Positions 56,199-64,000 of a stretch of DNA of 64,000 nucleotides are shown one piece after another. Under the pieces are notes generated by a model. The model searched no databases. It was not told the DNA's origin and saw nothing but the letters and a program-made list of their open reading frames with translations. Each line of letters begins with the position of its first letter. The stretch's first letter is position 1. The position numbers were made by a program, and so were the translations under genes. The DNA lies in assembly GCA_965228735.1 (NCBI GenBank), contig OZ245838.1:1184001-1248000 (forward strand), given 5' to 3'. Origin of the DNA: Planctomycetota bacterium. GTDB lineage: Bacteria; Planctomycetota; UBA1135; UBA2386.

Positions 56199-57896
56199 AT
56201 GATCGCCCGCGTTACCGCCTCGATACTCTCTGCCGCGCTGCTCCTCACGCCGGCCCTGCCCGCCCAGGCGCCCTCCGCGGATACGAGCGTCGGCGTCTTC
56301 CCGTTCCTCGTCGGCAACATGGACGGCCGCGTCAACGAGCTGGCGAACAACTGTCAGCTCCATGGCATGGACACGCTCTACGTGAGCGTCTTTCGGGCGA
56401 CCGGACCGCAGACCGGCGATCTCTGGATCACCGACCGGGCCGGGAACTGGAATCCGGCGTTCGGCCCCGTGCGGCCGACCGGAGCCGGCATCGATCTGCG
56501 CAACCTGATCGCCGCGTGCCACGCCGTGAACGTCCGGGTCGTCGGGGTGCTCAAGTGCTTCGACAACTCGGTCCAGCCCGACAGCCTCGCGCATCGCCAG
56601 TACCTGCTCGACGTGATCGGCTACTTCGTCGACGCGTTCGAGGCCAACGGCCGACCGACCTACGACCTCGACGGCATCGCGCTCGACTACGTGCGCTACG
56701 TCGGCAGCGGCAACGCCAATCCCCAGAACGTCACCGATTTCGTGGCGGCGGTTCGGGACCGCATCGGCGGGCTGTCACTGCACGCCTACCTGCTCGCCAA
56801 CCGCTACACGTTCGACGGGCCGAACTACAACGGCAACTTCAACAGTTACGGCGCGGTGATCAACTCGCTCGCGTCGCAGTACGGCCAGCACTGGGAGCAG
56901 CTCGCGCCGTATCTCGACGTCTACATGCCGATGACCTACACGGCGAACGGGTCGATCTACGCCACCGCGGCGCTGCATCAGGCCTACACGCAGCAGGCCG
57001 CCGCGTACGCGCGCACGGCGTGCACGATCGCGGGCTACCCGGGCCGGCGGGTCTGCAACGTCGTCAAGACCTACTCGAGCAGCGGCGAGACGACGACGAC
57101 CCAGACGATCGACGCCTCGATCACGGGCACGCTGCTCGGCGGCGGCGACGGTTACCAGTCGTTCCGCTACCAGCACCTCGTGAACAACCCGTCGTGGTGG
57201 GGGCCGATGAGCAACCACGCGGTGCCAGGCTGCAACTGGCCCGTTCCCATCTACACCGCGACCCCCAACCGGCTCACGGTGACGGTCGACGCCGGCACGT
57301 CGCGCGATCACGAGGATCCGAGCGCGCTGCTGCAGCTGCGGGTCGATCGCGACGGCGACGGCACGTTCGACACCCCGTGGCAGGCCAACGTCGCGGACCT
57401 CGGCCTGGCCCGCTACCCCGGGACGTTCACGAGCACGGTGCAGGTGCGCGACACCGATGGCCACGTGAGCACGTCGCGGCGCCGCTTCAGTGCCGGTTCG
57501 CCCGTGTCGGTGTTCCCGAGCGTGGTCTCGACGGGCGCGGGCGGCAGTTCGTTCGTCACGTTCGACGTCGGCAGCGCGGGCAGCGGCCACGTCTATCTCG
57601 CACTCGCGACGCTGTCGGGGACCAGTCCCGGGTTCGAGTGGGCGCCGGGCTTCCCCGTGCCGATCAACATCGACTTCCTCACGACGTCCATCGCGGGCAA
57701 CCCGAACAGCGGCCTGATCAGCGGCGGCCTCGGCGTGTTCGACGGCACGGGTCGGGGGACGACGACGCTCAACCTGCCGGCCGGGATCGCGACGCCGTTC
57801 GCGGGGCAGACGGTGCACTGGAGCTTCATCGCGATGGCGCCGTTCACGGGGCCGAGCTGCGTCGGCGACGCGCGCCCGATGCTCCTGCTGCCCTGA
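56199..57896 (+). CDS. Secreted glycoside-hydrolase-like TIM-barrel protein with PKD-like and C-terminal domains
   Basis: Signal peptide; LDGIALDYVRY, YGQHW..L..YLDVYMPMTY (GH-like DUF187-type); VDAGTS.D.ED...D.DGDGTFDT PKD-like segment. Confidence 0.72.
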   Translation: MIARVTASILSAALLLTPALPAQAPSADTSVGVFPFLVGNMDGRVNELANNCQLHGMDTLYVSVFRATGPQTGDLWITDRAGNWNPAFGPVRPTGAGIDLRNLIAACHAVNVRVVGVLKCFDNSVQPDSLAHRQYLLDVIGYFVDAFEANGRPTYDLDGIALDYVRYVGSGNANPQNVTDFVAAVRDRIGGLSLHAYLLANRYTFDGPNYNGNFNSYGAVINSLASQYGQHWEQLAPYLDVYMPMTYTANGSIYATAALHQAYTQQAAAYARTACTIAGYPGRRVCNVVKTYSSSGETTTTQTIDASITGTLLGGGDGYQSFRYQHLVNNPSWWGPMSNHAVPGCNWPVPIYTATPNRLTVTVDAGTSRDHEDPSALLQLRVDRDGDGTFDTPWQANVADLGLARYPGTFTSTVQVRDTDGHVSTSRRRFSAGSPVSVFPSVVSTGAGGSSFVTFDVGSAGSGHVYLALATLSGTSPGFEWAPGFPVPINIDFLTTSIAGNPNSGLISGGLGVFDGTGRGTTTLNLPAGIATPFAGQTVHWSFIAMAPFTGPSCVGDARPMLLLP

Positions 57897-57944
57897 GCGG
57901 GATCGGGTAGCAGGCCGGAGCGCAAACCCAGGTCCGGTCGCGAT

Positions 57945-57992
57945 CCGATCCGTTCGTGGCCCGATCCGTTCGTGACCCGATCCGTTCGTGAC
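57945..57992. repeat. 16-bp tandem repeat CCGATCCGTTCGTG(A/G)C x3, intergenic
   Basis: Units at 57945, 57961, 57977. Confidence 0.92.
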
Positions 57993-58043
57993 CGAGCCAG
58001 AGGGCCTCGCTATCGTGCTCGCCCCCGCATCGACCCGACCCTG

Positions 58044-59594
58044 ATGATCCAACTCGAGAGCTACGTCTGTGGTAGCTGGAACGCCGGCAGCGGCGATCCG
58101 AAGCCGCTTCACGACCCGACGACCGAAGCCGTGCTCGGCGAAGTCCGCCCCGGCGGCATCGACTTCAAGGCGGTGCTCGCGCACGCCCAGGAGCAGGGCG
58201 GCCCGGCGTTGCGGCGGCTGACGTTCGCGGAGCGCGGCGCGATGCTCAAGGGGATCGCGGGGGTCGTTCACGAGCACCGCGACGAGCTGATCAAGATCGC
58301 GGGCGAGAACGGCGGCAACACGCGCGGCGACGCCAAGTTCGACCTCGACGGCGCCTCGGGGACCCTGGCGTTCTACGCCAAGCTCGGCGAGACGCTGCAA
58401 CCGCAGCACCTGCTGGACGGTGACGTCGACCAGCTCGGTCGCTCGCCGCGCTTCTCGGGGCAGCACATCCTCGTGCCGCGACCCGGCGTCGCGGTCCACA
58501 TCAACGCGTTCAACTTCCCGGCCTGGGGCATGGGCGAGAAGATGGCGTGCGCGCTGCTCGCCGGCATGCCGGTGATCGAGAAGGCCGGCCACGCGAGCGC
58601 GCTGCTGGCCTACCGCATCGCGCAGCTGATCGTCGAGTCGGGTCTCGTGCCGGAGGGGGCGTTCCAGTTCCTTCCCGGCTCGGTCAGCAAGCTGCTCGAC
58701 GAACTCGGTCCCATGGACACGGTCGCGTTCACGGGGAGTGCGGCGACGGGCGCGCTCATCCGCGGCAACCGCAACCTCGTGCAGCGCAACGTGCGCGTCA
58801 ACGTCGAGGCCGACTCGATCAACTCCGCGATCCTGGGCCCGGACGCCGAGACGGACAGCGACACGCTCGAGCAGTTCCTCACCAACGTCACCATCGACAT
58901 GACGCAGAAGGCCGGCCAGAAGTGCACGGCCGTGCGCCGTATCTTCGTCCCGAACGAGATGGTCGACGACGTCTGCAGCGAGCTCGCGGCGCGACTCGAG
59001 AGCACCGCGATGGGCAACCCGCTCGACAAGGACGTGCGGATGGGACCGGTCGCGAGCAAGGCGCAGTTCGACGACGTGCGCGCCGGCATCGATCAGCTGA
59101 CCGGGGTGGCCGGCATGACCATCGTCACGGGTGGCAGCGAGCCCGCGCGCGACACCGGCTTCTTCGTCAAGCCGACGTTGCTGCGCAGCCAGAACGGCGA
59201 CGCCGACCTGCTGCACGAACTCGAGGTGTTCGGCCCGTGCGCCACGGTAATTCCGTACTCCGGTAGCGCGGACGAGGTCGTCGGCCTCGTCAACCGCGGC
59301 GGGGGCAGCCTGGTCGCGAGCGTCTACTCCGACGACAAGAAGTTCGTCGACACCGTAGTACGGGGCATCGCGCCGTGGCACGGTCGCGTGTGGCTCGGCA
59401 GCGAGAAGACGATGGGGCAGGCGCTCGGCCCGGGCGCCGTGCTCCCGGGATCGATCCATGGCGGCCCGGGTCGGGCCGGCGGCGGCGAGGAGCTCGGCGG
59501 CCTGCGCGGGCTCATGCCGTACCTGCAACGCACCGCGCTGCAGGGGGACCGCGCGGTCCTGACGAAGATTTTCGGTCCGAAGGACAAGTCGTAA
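58044..59594 (+). CDS. CoA-semialdehyde dehydrogenase (PaaZ N-terminal / BoxD-type ALDH), no MaoC domain
   Basis: [58 protein letters not shown]. Confidence 0.88.
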   Translation: MIQLESYVCGSWNAGSGDPKPLHDPTTEAVLGEVRPGGIDFKAVLAHAQEQGGPALRRLTFAERGAMLKGIAGVVHEHRDELIKIAGENGGNTRGDAKFDLDGASGTLAFYAKLGETLQPQHLLDGDVDQLGRSPRFSGQHILVPRPGVAVHINAFNFPAWGMGEKMACALLAGMPVIEKAGHASALLAYRIAQLIVESGLVPEGAFQFLPGSVSKLLDELGPMDTVAFTGSAATGALIRGNRNLVQRNVRVNVEADSINSAILGPDAETDSDTLEQFLTNVTIDMTQKAGQKCTAVRRIFVPNEMVDDVCSELAARLESTAMGNPLDKDVRMGPVASKAQFDDVRAGIDQLTGVAGMTIVTGGSEPARDTGFFVKPTLLRSQNGDADLLHELEVFGPCATVIPYSGSADEVVGLVNRGGGSLVASVYSDDKKFVDTVVRGIAPWHGRVWLGSEKTMGQALGPGAVLPGSIHGGPGRAGGGEELGGLRGLMPYLQRTALQGDRAVLTKIFGPKDKS

Positions 59595-59756
59595 CCCACG
59601 AGCTGACCGCTACTTCGAGCAGCCGTGCGGAAACTTCCGGGAATCGACCGGGTTCGCTGACCCGGTTCGGGACCAGCGCGCGTAACGCATCTGTCCGAAG
59701 CCGTGTTGCGAACCGGTCGGCATGATCGCACGCACGGCCCTCGGGCGCCCGAGGTG

Positions 59757-59897
59757 ATGACTACCGTCCTGATTCTCTGGTGCGTCGGCTCCATCTTGGT
59801 AGCCCCGGTGATCGGTGGCGCGATTCGCATGTCGCAAGCCCGCTGCCAGAACTGCCCGCGAAACTGCCCGTATCGCACGGACTCCTGCCGCGTCTGA
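59757..59897 (+). CDS. Putative small membrane protein with Cys-rich tail (46 aa)
   Basis: Hydrophobic VLILWCVGSILVAPVIGG then CQNCPRNCPYRTDSC; sits in an otherwise empty intergenic gap. Confidence 0.5.
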   Translation: MTTVLILWCVGSILVAPVIGGAIRMSQARCQNCPRNCPYRTDSCRV

Positions 59898-59943
59898 CTC
59901 CTGCCGCGTTTGGGCGGACCACCGGCTCCGGCCTGAGCGGAAC

Positions 59944-61377
59944 TCAGCGGGCGTCGCGTGCACGGTGCGCGAGGTAGCGTGCGTGCATCTCCGCCAGCAC
60001 GTCGGGCTCACGCGCGGCAACGTCGTCCCGTTCCCGCGGGTCCCGCTCGAGATCGAACAGCTGCCAGTCCGCTGCCGCTTTCGGCGCCCCGCGGCCGTAC
60101 TTCACGATCTTCCAGCGCCCATGACGCAGCGCCCAGCGATTCGTGCGTGAACCCCAGCACCAGTAGAGGTCGCGGTTGGGCAACGGCTCGCCCGTCGTGA
60201 GCCAGCCCGACAGATCGACGCCGTCCGCGGAGTCGCGGTCGAACGAACCACCGGTCCAGGTCGCGAGCGTCGGCAGCCAGTCGACGACGTGCACCGGCTC
60301 GCTCGTGACCCGGGGCGCGATCGTGCCCGGCCAGCACGCGAACGCGGGCACCCGGATGCCGCCTTCGAAGACGTCGACCTTCTTGCCGCGCAAGGTGCGC
60401 GGCTGGTTGAAGTCGGTGAGCTTCAGGTCGTCCGGATACGCGTTCCCGGGCCAGTTGATCTGCGGGCCGTTGTCCGACGTGAAGACGATGAGCGTGCGCT
60501 CGCGCAGGCCCCGGCGTTCGAGCGCGTCGACGATTCGACCGACGGCGGCATCGAGGTGGTGCACGGCGGCGAGGAACAACCGCCGCTCGGGATCCGGCTC
60601 GCGCTGGATCAACCCGTCGGGGTCGTGGAACCACTCGATCTCGTCCTCGTCGAGCCAGCGCGTCGGATCGTCGGGATCGAGCTGCGTCGGCCGCTCCACG
60701 AACGACCCGCGCTCGTCGAGCGGCGTGTGCACCGACTGGAACGGCACGTAGAGGAAGAACGGCGCATCACCCGCGGCATCGATCACGCGCACGGCCTCGC
60801 GGGCGACGAGATCGGTCGCGTGCACGCCGTTCTCGTGCTCGGGCAGCGGCTCGTGATCGCGGTGCCACGTCAGCACGAACTTGCCCTCGCGGTAGCGGTG
60901 GTCGTACATCCCGCACGCCCCGGCCAACGACCCGTAGCTCGAATCGAACCCGTGGCGGTTGGGCCCGTGCTCCGGCGCCGAGCCGAGGTGCCACTTGCCC
61001 GCGAGCGCGGTGCGGTAGCCGGCCTCGCGACAGACCAACGCCAGCGTCTCCGTGCCGAGCGGGAACGCGGGCCGGTTGCTCGCCTGCATCGCGGCGCCGC
61101 CGAAGCGCGATGGATACCGACCGGTCAGCAGCGCGACGCGCGTCGGCGTGCACTGCGGCATCGCGTAGGCCTCGTCGAACCGCACGCCTTCGCGAGCCAG
61201 GGCATCGAGGCGCGGAGAGTGGACCGCGGCGTTGTTGTAGCCGATGTCGGACCACCCCTGATCGTCGCTGACGATCAGGACGATGTTGGGTCGGCGGCCG
61301 TCCTGCGCCGGGGCGGCGGTCACTGCCAGCAGGCCGACGATGACCGCCGCCGCGCGACGAAGACGAGTGCGAACCAT
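59944..61377 (-). CDS. Arylsulfatase (formylglycine-dependent, S1 family)
   Basis: RPNIVLIVSDDQG, CTPTR..LLTGRY, GKWHLG, FTSDNG, FEGGIRVP, LFDL..DP.E. Confidence 0.93.
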   Translation of the reverse strand: MVRTRLRRAAAVIVGLLAVTAAPAQDGRRPNIVLIVSDDQGWSDIGYNNAAVHSPRLDALAREGVRFDEAYAMPQCTPTRVALLTGRYPSRFGGAAMQASNRPAFPLGTETLALVCREAGYRTALAGKWHLGSAPEHGPNRHGFDSSYGSLAGACGMYDHRYREGKFVLTWHRDHEPLPEHENGVHATDLVAREAVRVIDAAGDAPFFLYVPFQSVHTPLDERGSFVERPTQLDPDDPTRWLDEDEIEWFHDPDGLIQREPDPERRLFLAAVHHLDAAVGRIVDALERRGLRERTLIVFTSDNGPQINWPGNAYPDDLKLTDFNQPRTLRGKKVDVFEGGIRVPAFACWPGTIAPRVTSEPVHVVDWLPTLATWTGGSFDRDSADGVDLSGWLTTGEPLPNRDLYWCWGSRTNRWALRHGRWKIVKYGRGAPKAAADWQLFDLERDPRERDDVAAREPDVLAEMHARYLAHRARDAR

Positions 61378-61428
61378 AGCGCCCGGCATCCTAAACGCCG
61401 GGCGCCACGCGCCACTCGATGTTCTGCG

Positions 61429-63999
61429 CTACCGCGCCGTGTAGACGCGCAGCTCGAGCACGCTCGCGCCCGGCTGGAGGACCTGGCGGTTGAACGTGAG
61501 CGCGAAGCGGTAGCCGTTCGCGTTGTCCGCATCGAGGCCGGTGCCGAGCGCCGAGCCGACGTAGTCGCGCCACGGGCCGATCGAGCCGGGGATCGGCTCG
61601 CCGGTTACCGGGTCGAGGGTCGCGCCCTGGAAGCGCAGATCGATCGGCGTCGTCGGCGACTTGGCCGGCAACGTGCCAGCCGCGCCGGAGTCGGTGTAGG
61701 TGATGTCGACGAAGCCATCGCCGTTGGCGTCGAAATCGAGCTCGTAGCGCGACCAGGTCGGGAACAGCCCCGGGCCGGCGGAATACCAGAGCGAACCCTG
61801 ACCGACGAACGCGTCGCGGTCGGTCAGCGTGCCCGAGTTCGCGGCCGGGCTGTACGCCGGCACGTTGCCCGTCGACTGCACGAGGACCGACCCGTTGGTC
61901 TCGAGCCGGTAGTTGCCGACCGCGCCAGCGCCGGCGGCGGCTTCGAGCGCCTGCACGTTCACCAGGCCGACGTTGTCGATCCGGCTGCCGTTGCCACCGG
62001 AGGTGTCGAGGTCGCCGAGCACGAGGATGCTGCCGCCCGACTGCAGCAGCAGGGTGCCGCCGCTGCCGCCGCCGCCCGGCGACGACAGACCCCAGTTGGC
62101 AGCCGTAGCGGTCGGGGAGTCCCGCCCGTCGATGATCGCACCTTCACCGCCGCGGGCGGTGCACTCGCCGCCGGCAGCGACGGTCACGTCGCCACCAGAA
62201 CGCAGCGCACAGGCCCCGCCGCCACCCGAGCCACCGGAGCCCGCGATGTAGACGTCGCCAGTCACGAAGATCGTCCCGAGCGCGTGGGTCGCGCCGCCGC
62301 CGCCGCCGCTGCCGCCGACGAGGTAGTGGACGAGCGACGAACCGATCTGGGTGTACGGGCCGTACGGGGTGCTCGCCGCGGGTGCCGTACCGTACTGCAG
62401 GTTCACGAGGAACGACGGCAGCGGGTTCGTGAGCAGCGCCGGCGTGCCGCCCGGCCCGCCGTAGCCACCGCCGCCGCCACCCGGCGACATGAACGCGCGG
62501 TAGACGAACGCGATCCGCGGGGTGTTCGGAGCAGCCTGGCCACTCGGCGGATTCATCGCCGATCCGCGACCGCCGCTGCCGACCGCCTGGTTGACGTAGG
62601 CGTTGCCGGCGAGCAGTCGCACGTCCTCGCCATCGGCGCCGTCGGTGAGGTTCTCACCCGCGACGATGATCGGCCCGGTGCCGCGACACTCGTCGCCGCC
62701 GCGGCCGCCGTAGCCGCCGCCCGCGCCGGGACGACCGCCGGGCTGGCCGTTGATGAACGGCGCCGTCGACGACGTGCTGCCGCGGGCGTTGAACGTCTCC
62801 ATGCCGTCCGCATCGAGACTCAACGTACCCTCGACGATGCTCTGCCCGCGCACGCGGATGACCGCCGGCGCGGAGCCGATGAAGCGCACGGTCACGTTCG
62901 CCGGGACCACGAAGTCGGTGAAGTAGTACTGTCCGTCGGTGATCGTGTAGGCGGTGCCGGTGAGCGTGCGGTCCGCGGGGATGACCGAGTTGTCGGTGTC
63001 CCAGGTGTATTCGTCGGGCCCGGTCTGGGTCCCGAGCGTCGGATCGAACGAGCCGTGCCGTCCGTCGCCGCCGATCAGACCGGGCTGCGCGCCGCCGAAC
63101 GCCCAGTCGCCGGACGACGTGAGCGGATCGAGCTGGGCGTTCGAGTTGAACGTTTCCGTGATCACGAACGTCATCGTCCCGGACTGCTTGACCGCGGCAC
63201 CGCGCGTCTCGCTGAGCACGAACGTCGACTGCAGCGTCAACGTGCCGAACTGGAACCACAGCGCGAGCTCGTCGATCACCGGATCCTGCGGGACCGTGGT
63301 CTGCACGCCGATCCGGCCGCCGCCCTGCGGCAGCAGCGGGCCGTAGAGCACGCCGAGCGCCGGATCGACGCCGAGCACGCAACCCGGTTCGAGGGCCGGA
63401 CCCGTGACGTTGCCACGCGCGAGCGACATCACGAGGAACGTCGGGCCGGTCGCGTTCGCGGCCTCGACGTAGACGTTGCCCTGCACGATGGCCGGGCCCT
63501 TGTCGATGCGCGCGCCACCGCAGTCGGGCGTCATCGCCCGGCTCAGCCGCGCCGTGTAGAGCACGGCGTTGTCGTTGTCGCCACCGACGCAGAACACGCC
63601 GAGCGGCAGGCCCTGCGGCGGCTGCCACGCATCACAACCGCGCGGCGCACCGCCGAGTGCGCCATTGTCGATCACGCCGCGCAGGTTGGGCGGCGTCGTC
63701 ACGCCGTTCGGCAGCTCGACGTATTCGTGCGCCGTGATCTGTGCCGGGTCCGCGCTGATGCGCGAACCGGTGAACGCGCCCGTCATCGTGTCGAACAACA
63801 GACCGCGCTCACTCGGCGGCACGGCGAGACCGATGCTCGTCGAGAAGTTCGTGGTGCTGTAGCCGGTCGCGGAGCCGGCGACCTGGATGCGGCCGATGCC
63901 GTCCCACGCGATGCCGGTGCCGTTCGTGCCGGTCGCGCCGATCCCGGCGAGCAGGCCGGAGGTCGCGTTGTAGGCGTGGGGGGGATTGGGGGCGGCCAA
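61429..63999 (-). CDS. Large secreted-type Gly-rich protein, 5' end outside window
   Basis: Open to window edge; beta-rich N-part and repeated GGxGGGGG blocks in the C-terminal half. Confidence 0.82.
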   Translation of the reverse strand: MAAPNPPHAYNATSGLLAGIGATGTNGTGIAWDGIGRIQVAGSATGYSTTNFSTSIGLAVPPSERGLLFDTMTGAFTGSRISADPAQITAHEYVELPNGVTTPPNLRGVIDNGALGGAPRGCDAWQPPQGLPLGVFCVGGDNDNAVLYTARLSRAMTPDCGGARIDKGPAIVQGNVYVEAANATGPTFLVMSLARGNVTGPALEPGCVLGVDPALGVLYGPLLPQGGGRIGVQTTVPQDPVIDELALWFQFGTLTLQSTFVLSETRGAAVKQSGTMTFVITETFNSNAQLDPLTSSGDWAFGGAQPGLIGGDGRHGSFDPTLGTQTGPDEYTWDTDNSVIPADRTLTGTAYTITDGQYYFTDFVVPANVTVRFIGSAPAVIRVRGQSIVEGTLSLDADGMETFNARGSTSSTAPFINGQPGGRPGAGGGYGGRGGDECRGTGPIIVAGENLTDGADGEDVRLLAGNAYVNQAVGSGGRGSAMNPPSGQAAPNTPRIAFVYRAFMSPGGGGGGYGGPGGTPALLTNPLPSFLVNLQYGTAPAASTPYGPYTQIGSSLVHYLVGGSGGGGGATHALGTIFVTGDVYIAGSGGSGGGGACALRSGGDVTVAAGGECTARGGEGAIIDGRDSPTATAANWGLSSPGGGGSGGTLLLQSGGSILVLGDLDTSGGNGSRIDNVGLVNVQALEAAAGAGAVGNYRLETNGSVLVQSTGNVPAYSPAANSGTLTDRDAFVGQGSLWYSAGPGLFPTWSRYELDFDANGDGFVDITYTDSGAAGTLPAKSPTTPIDLRFQGATLDPVTGEPIPGSIGPWRDYVGSALGTGLDADNANGYRFALTFNRQVLQPGASVLELRVYTAR

Positions 64000-64000
64000 C

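Noticed and set aside
1..64000. Prophage, IS element, integron, defence island, tRNA or rRNA
   Set aside because: No integrase, transposase, phage structural or nuclease motifs and no RNA-gene signatures recognised by eye; a covariance-model scan would be needed to exclude small ncRNAs

Overview
High-GC (~70% by eye) bacterial chromosomal window, densely coding, with about 45 CDS. I found no rRNA, tRNA, CRISPR array, transposase or integrase. Gene content suggests a Planctomycetota lineage (inference): double-length UvrA, membrane-anchored ECF sigma, many HEAT-repeat proteins, a sulfatase, Gly-rich secreted proteins. Recognisable housekeeping genes are dacB, two inositol monophosphatases, uvrA, thiE, pstS, thiL, tsaE, a TolC-family protein, cca, rseP, dxr, purM, a PfkB kinase and a PaaZ-N/BoxD-type ALDH. 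Main candidates for new biology: (1) a translationally coupled operon of double-length UvrA, XPB helicase and a protein ending in an XPB-N-terminal/p52-clutch-like domain, which may be a hybrid NER or TFIIH-like module; (2) three tandem exported HEAT-repeat paralogs with near-invariant HGGxYRGPG N-termini and GILDIL C-termini, preceded by a TTCGGAA repeat array; (3) a cluster of secreted proteins that appear to share a ~120-aa terminal domain, a possible sorting signal; (4) several unrelated intergenic tandem repeats, four with a ~16-bp period and one 55-bp repeat that copies a gene's 3' end; (5) two apparent pseudo-enzymes; (6) signs of near-leaderless transcription. All family assignments come from motifs read by eye, not from database searches.
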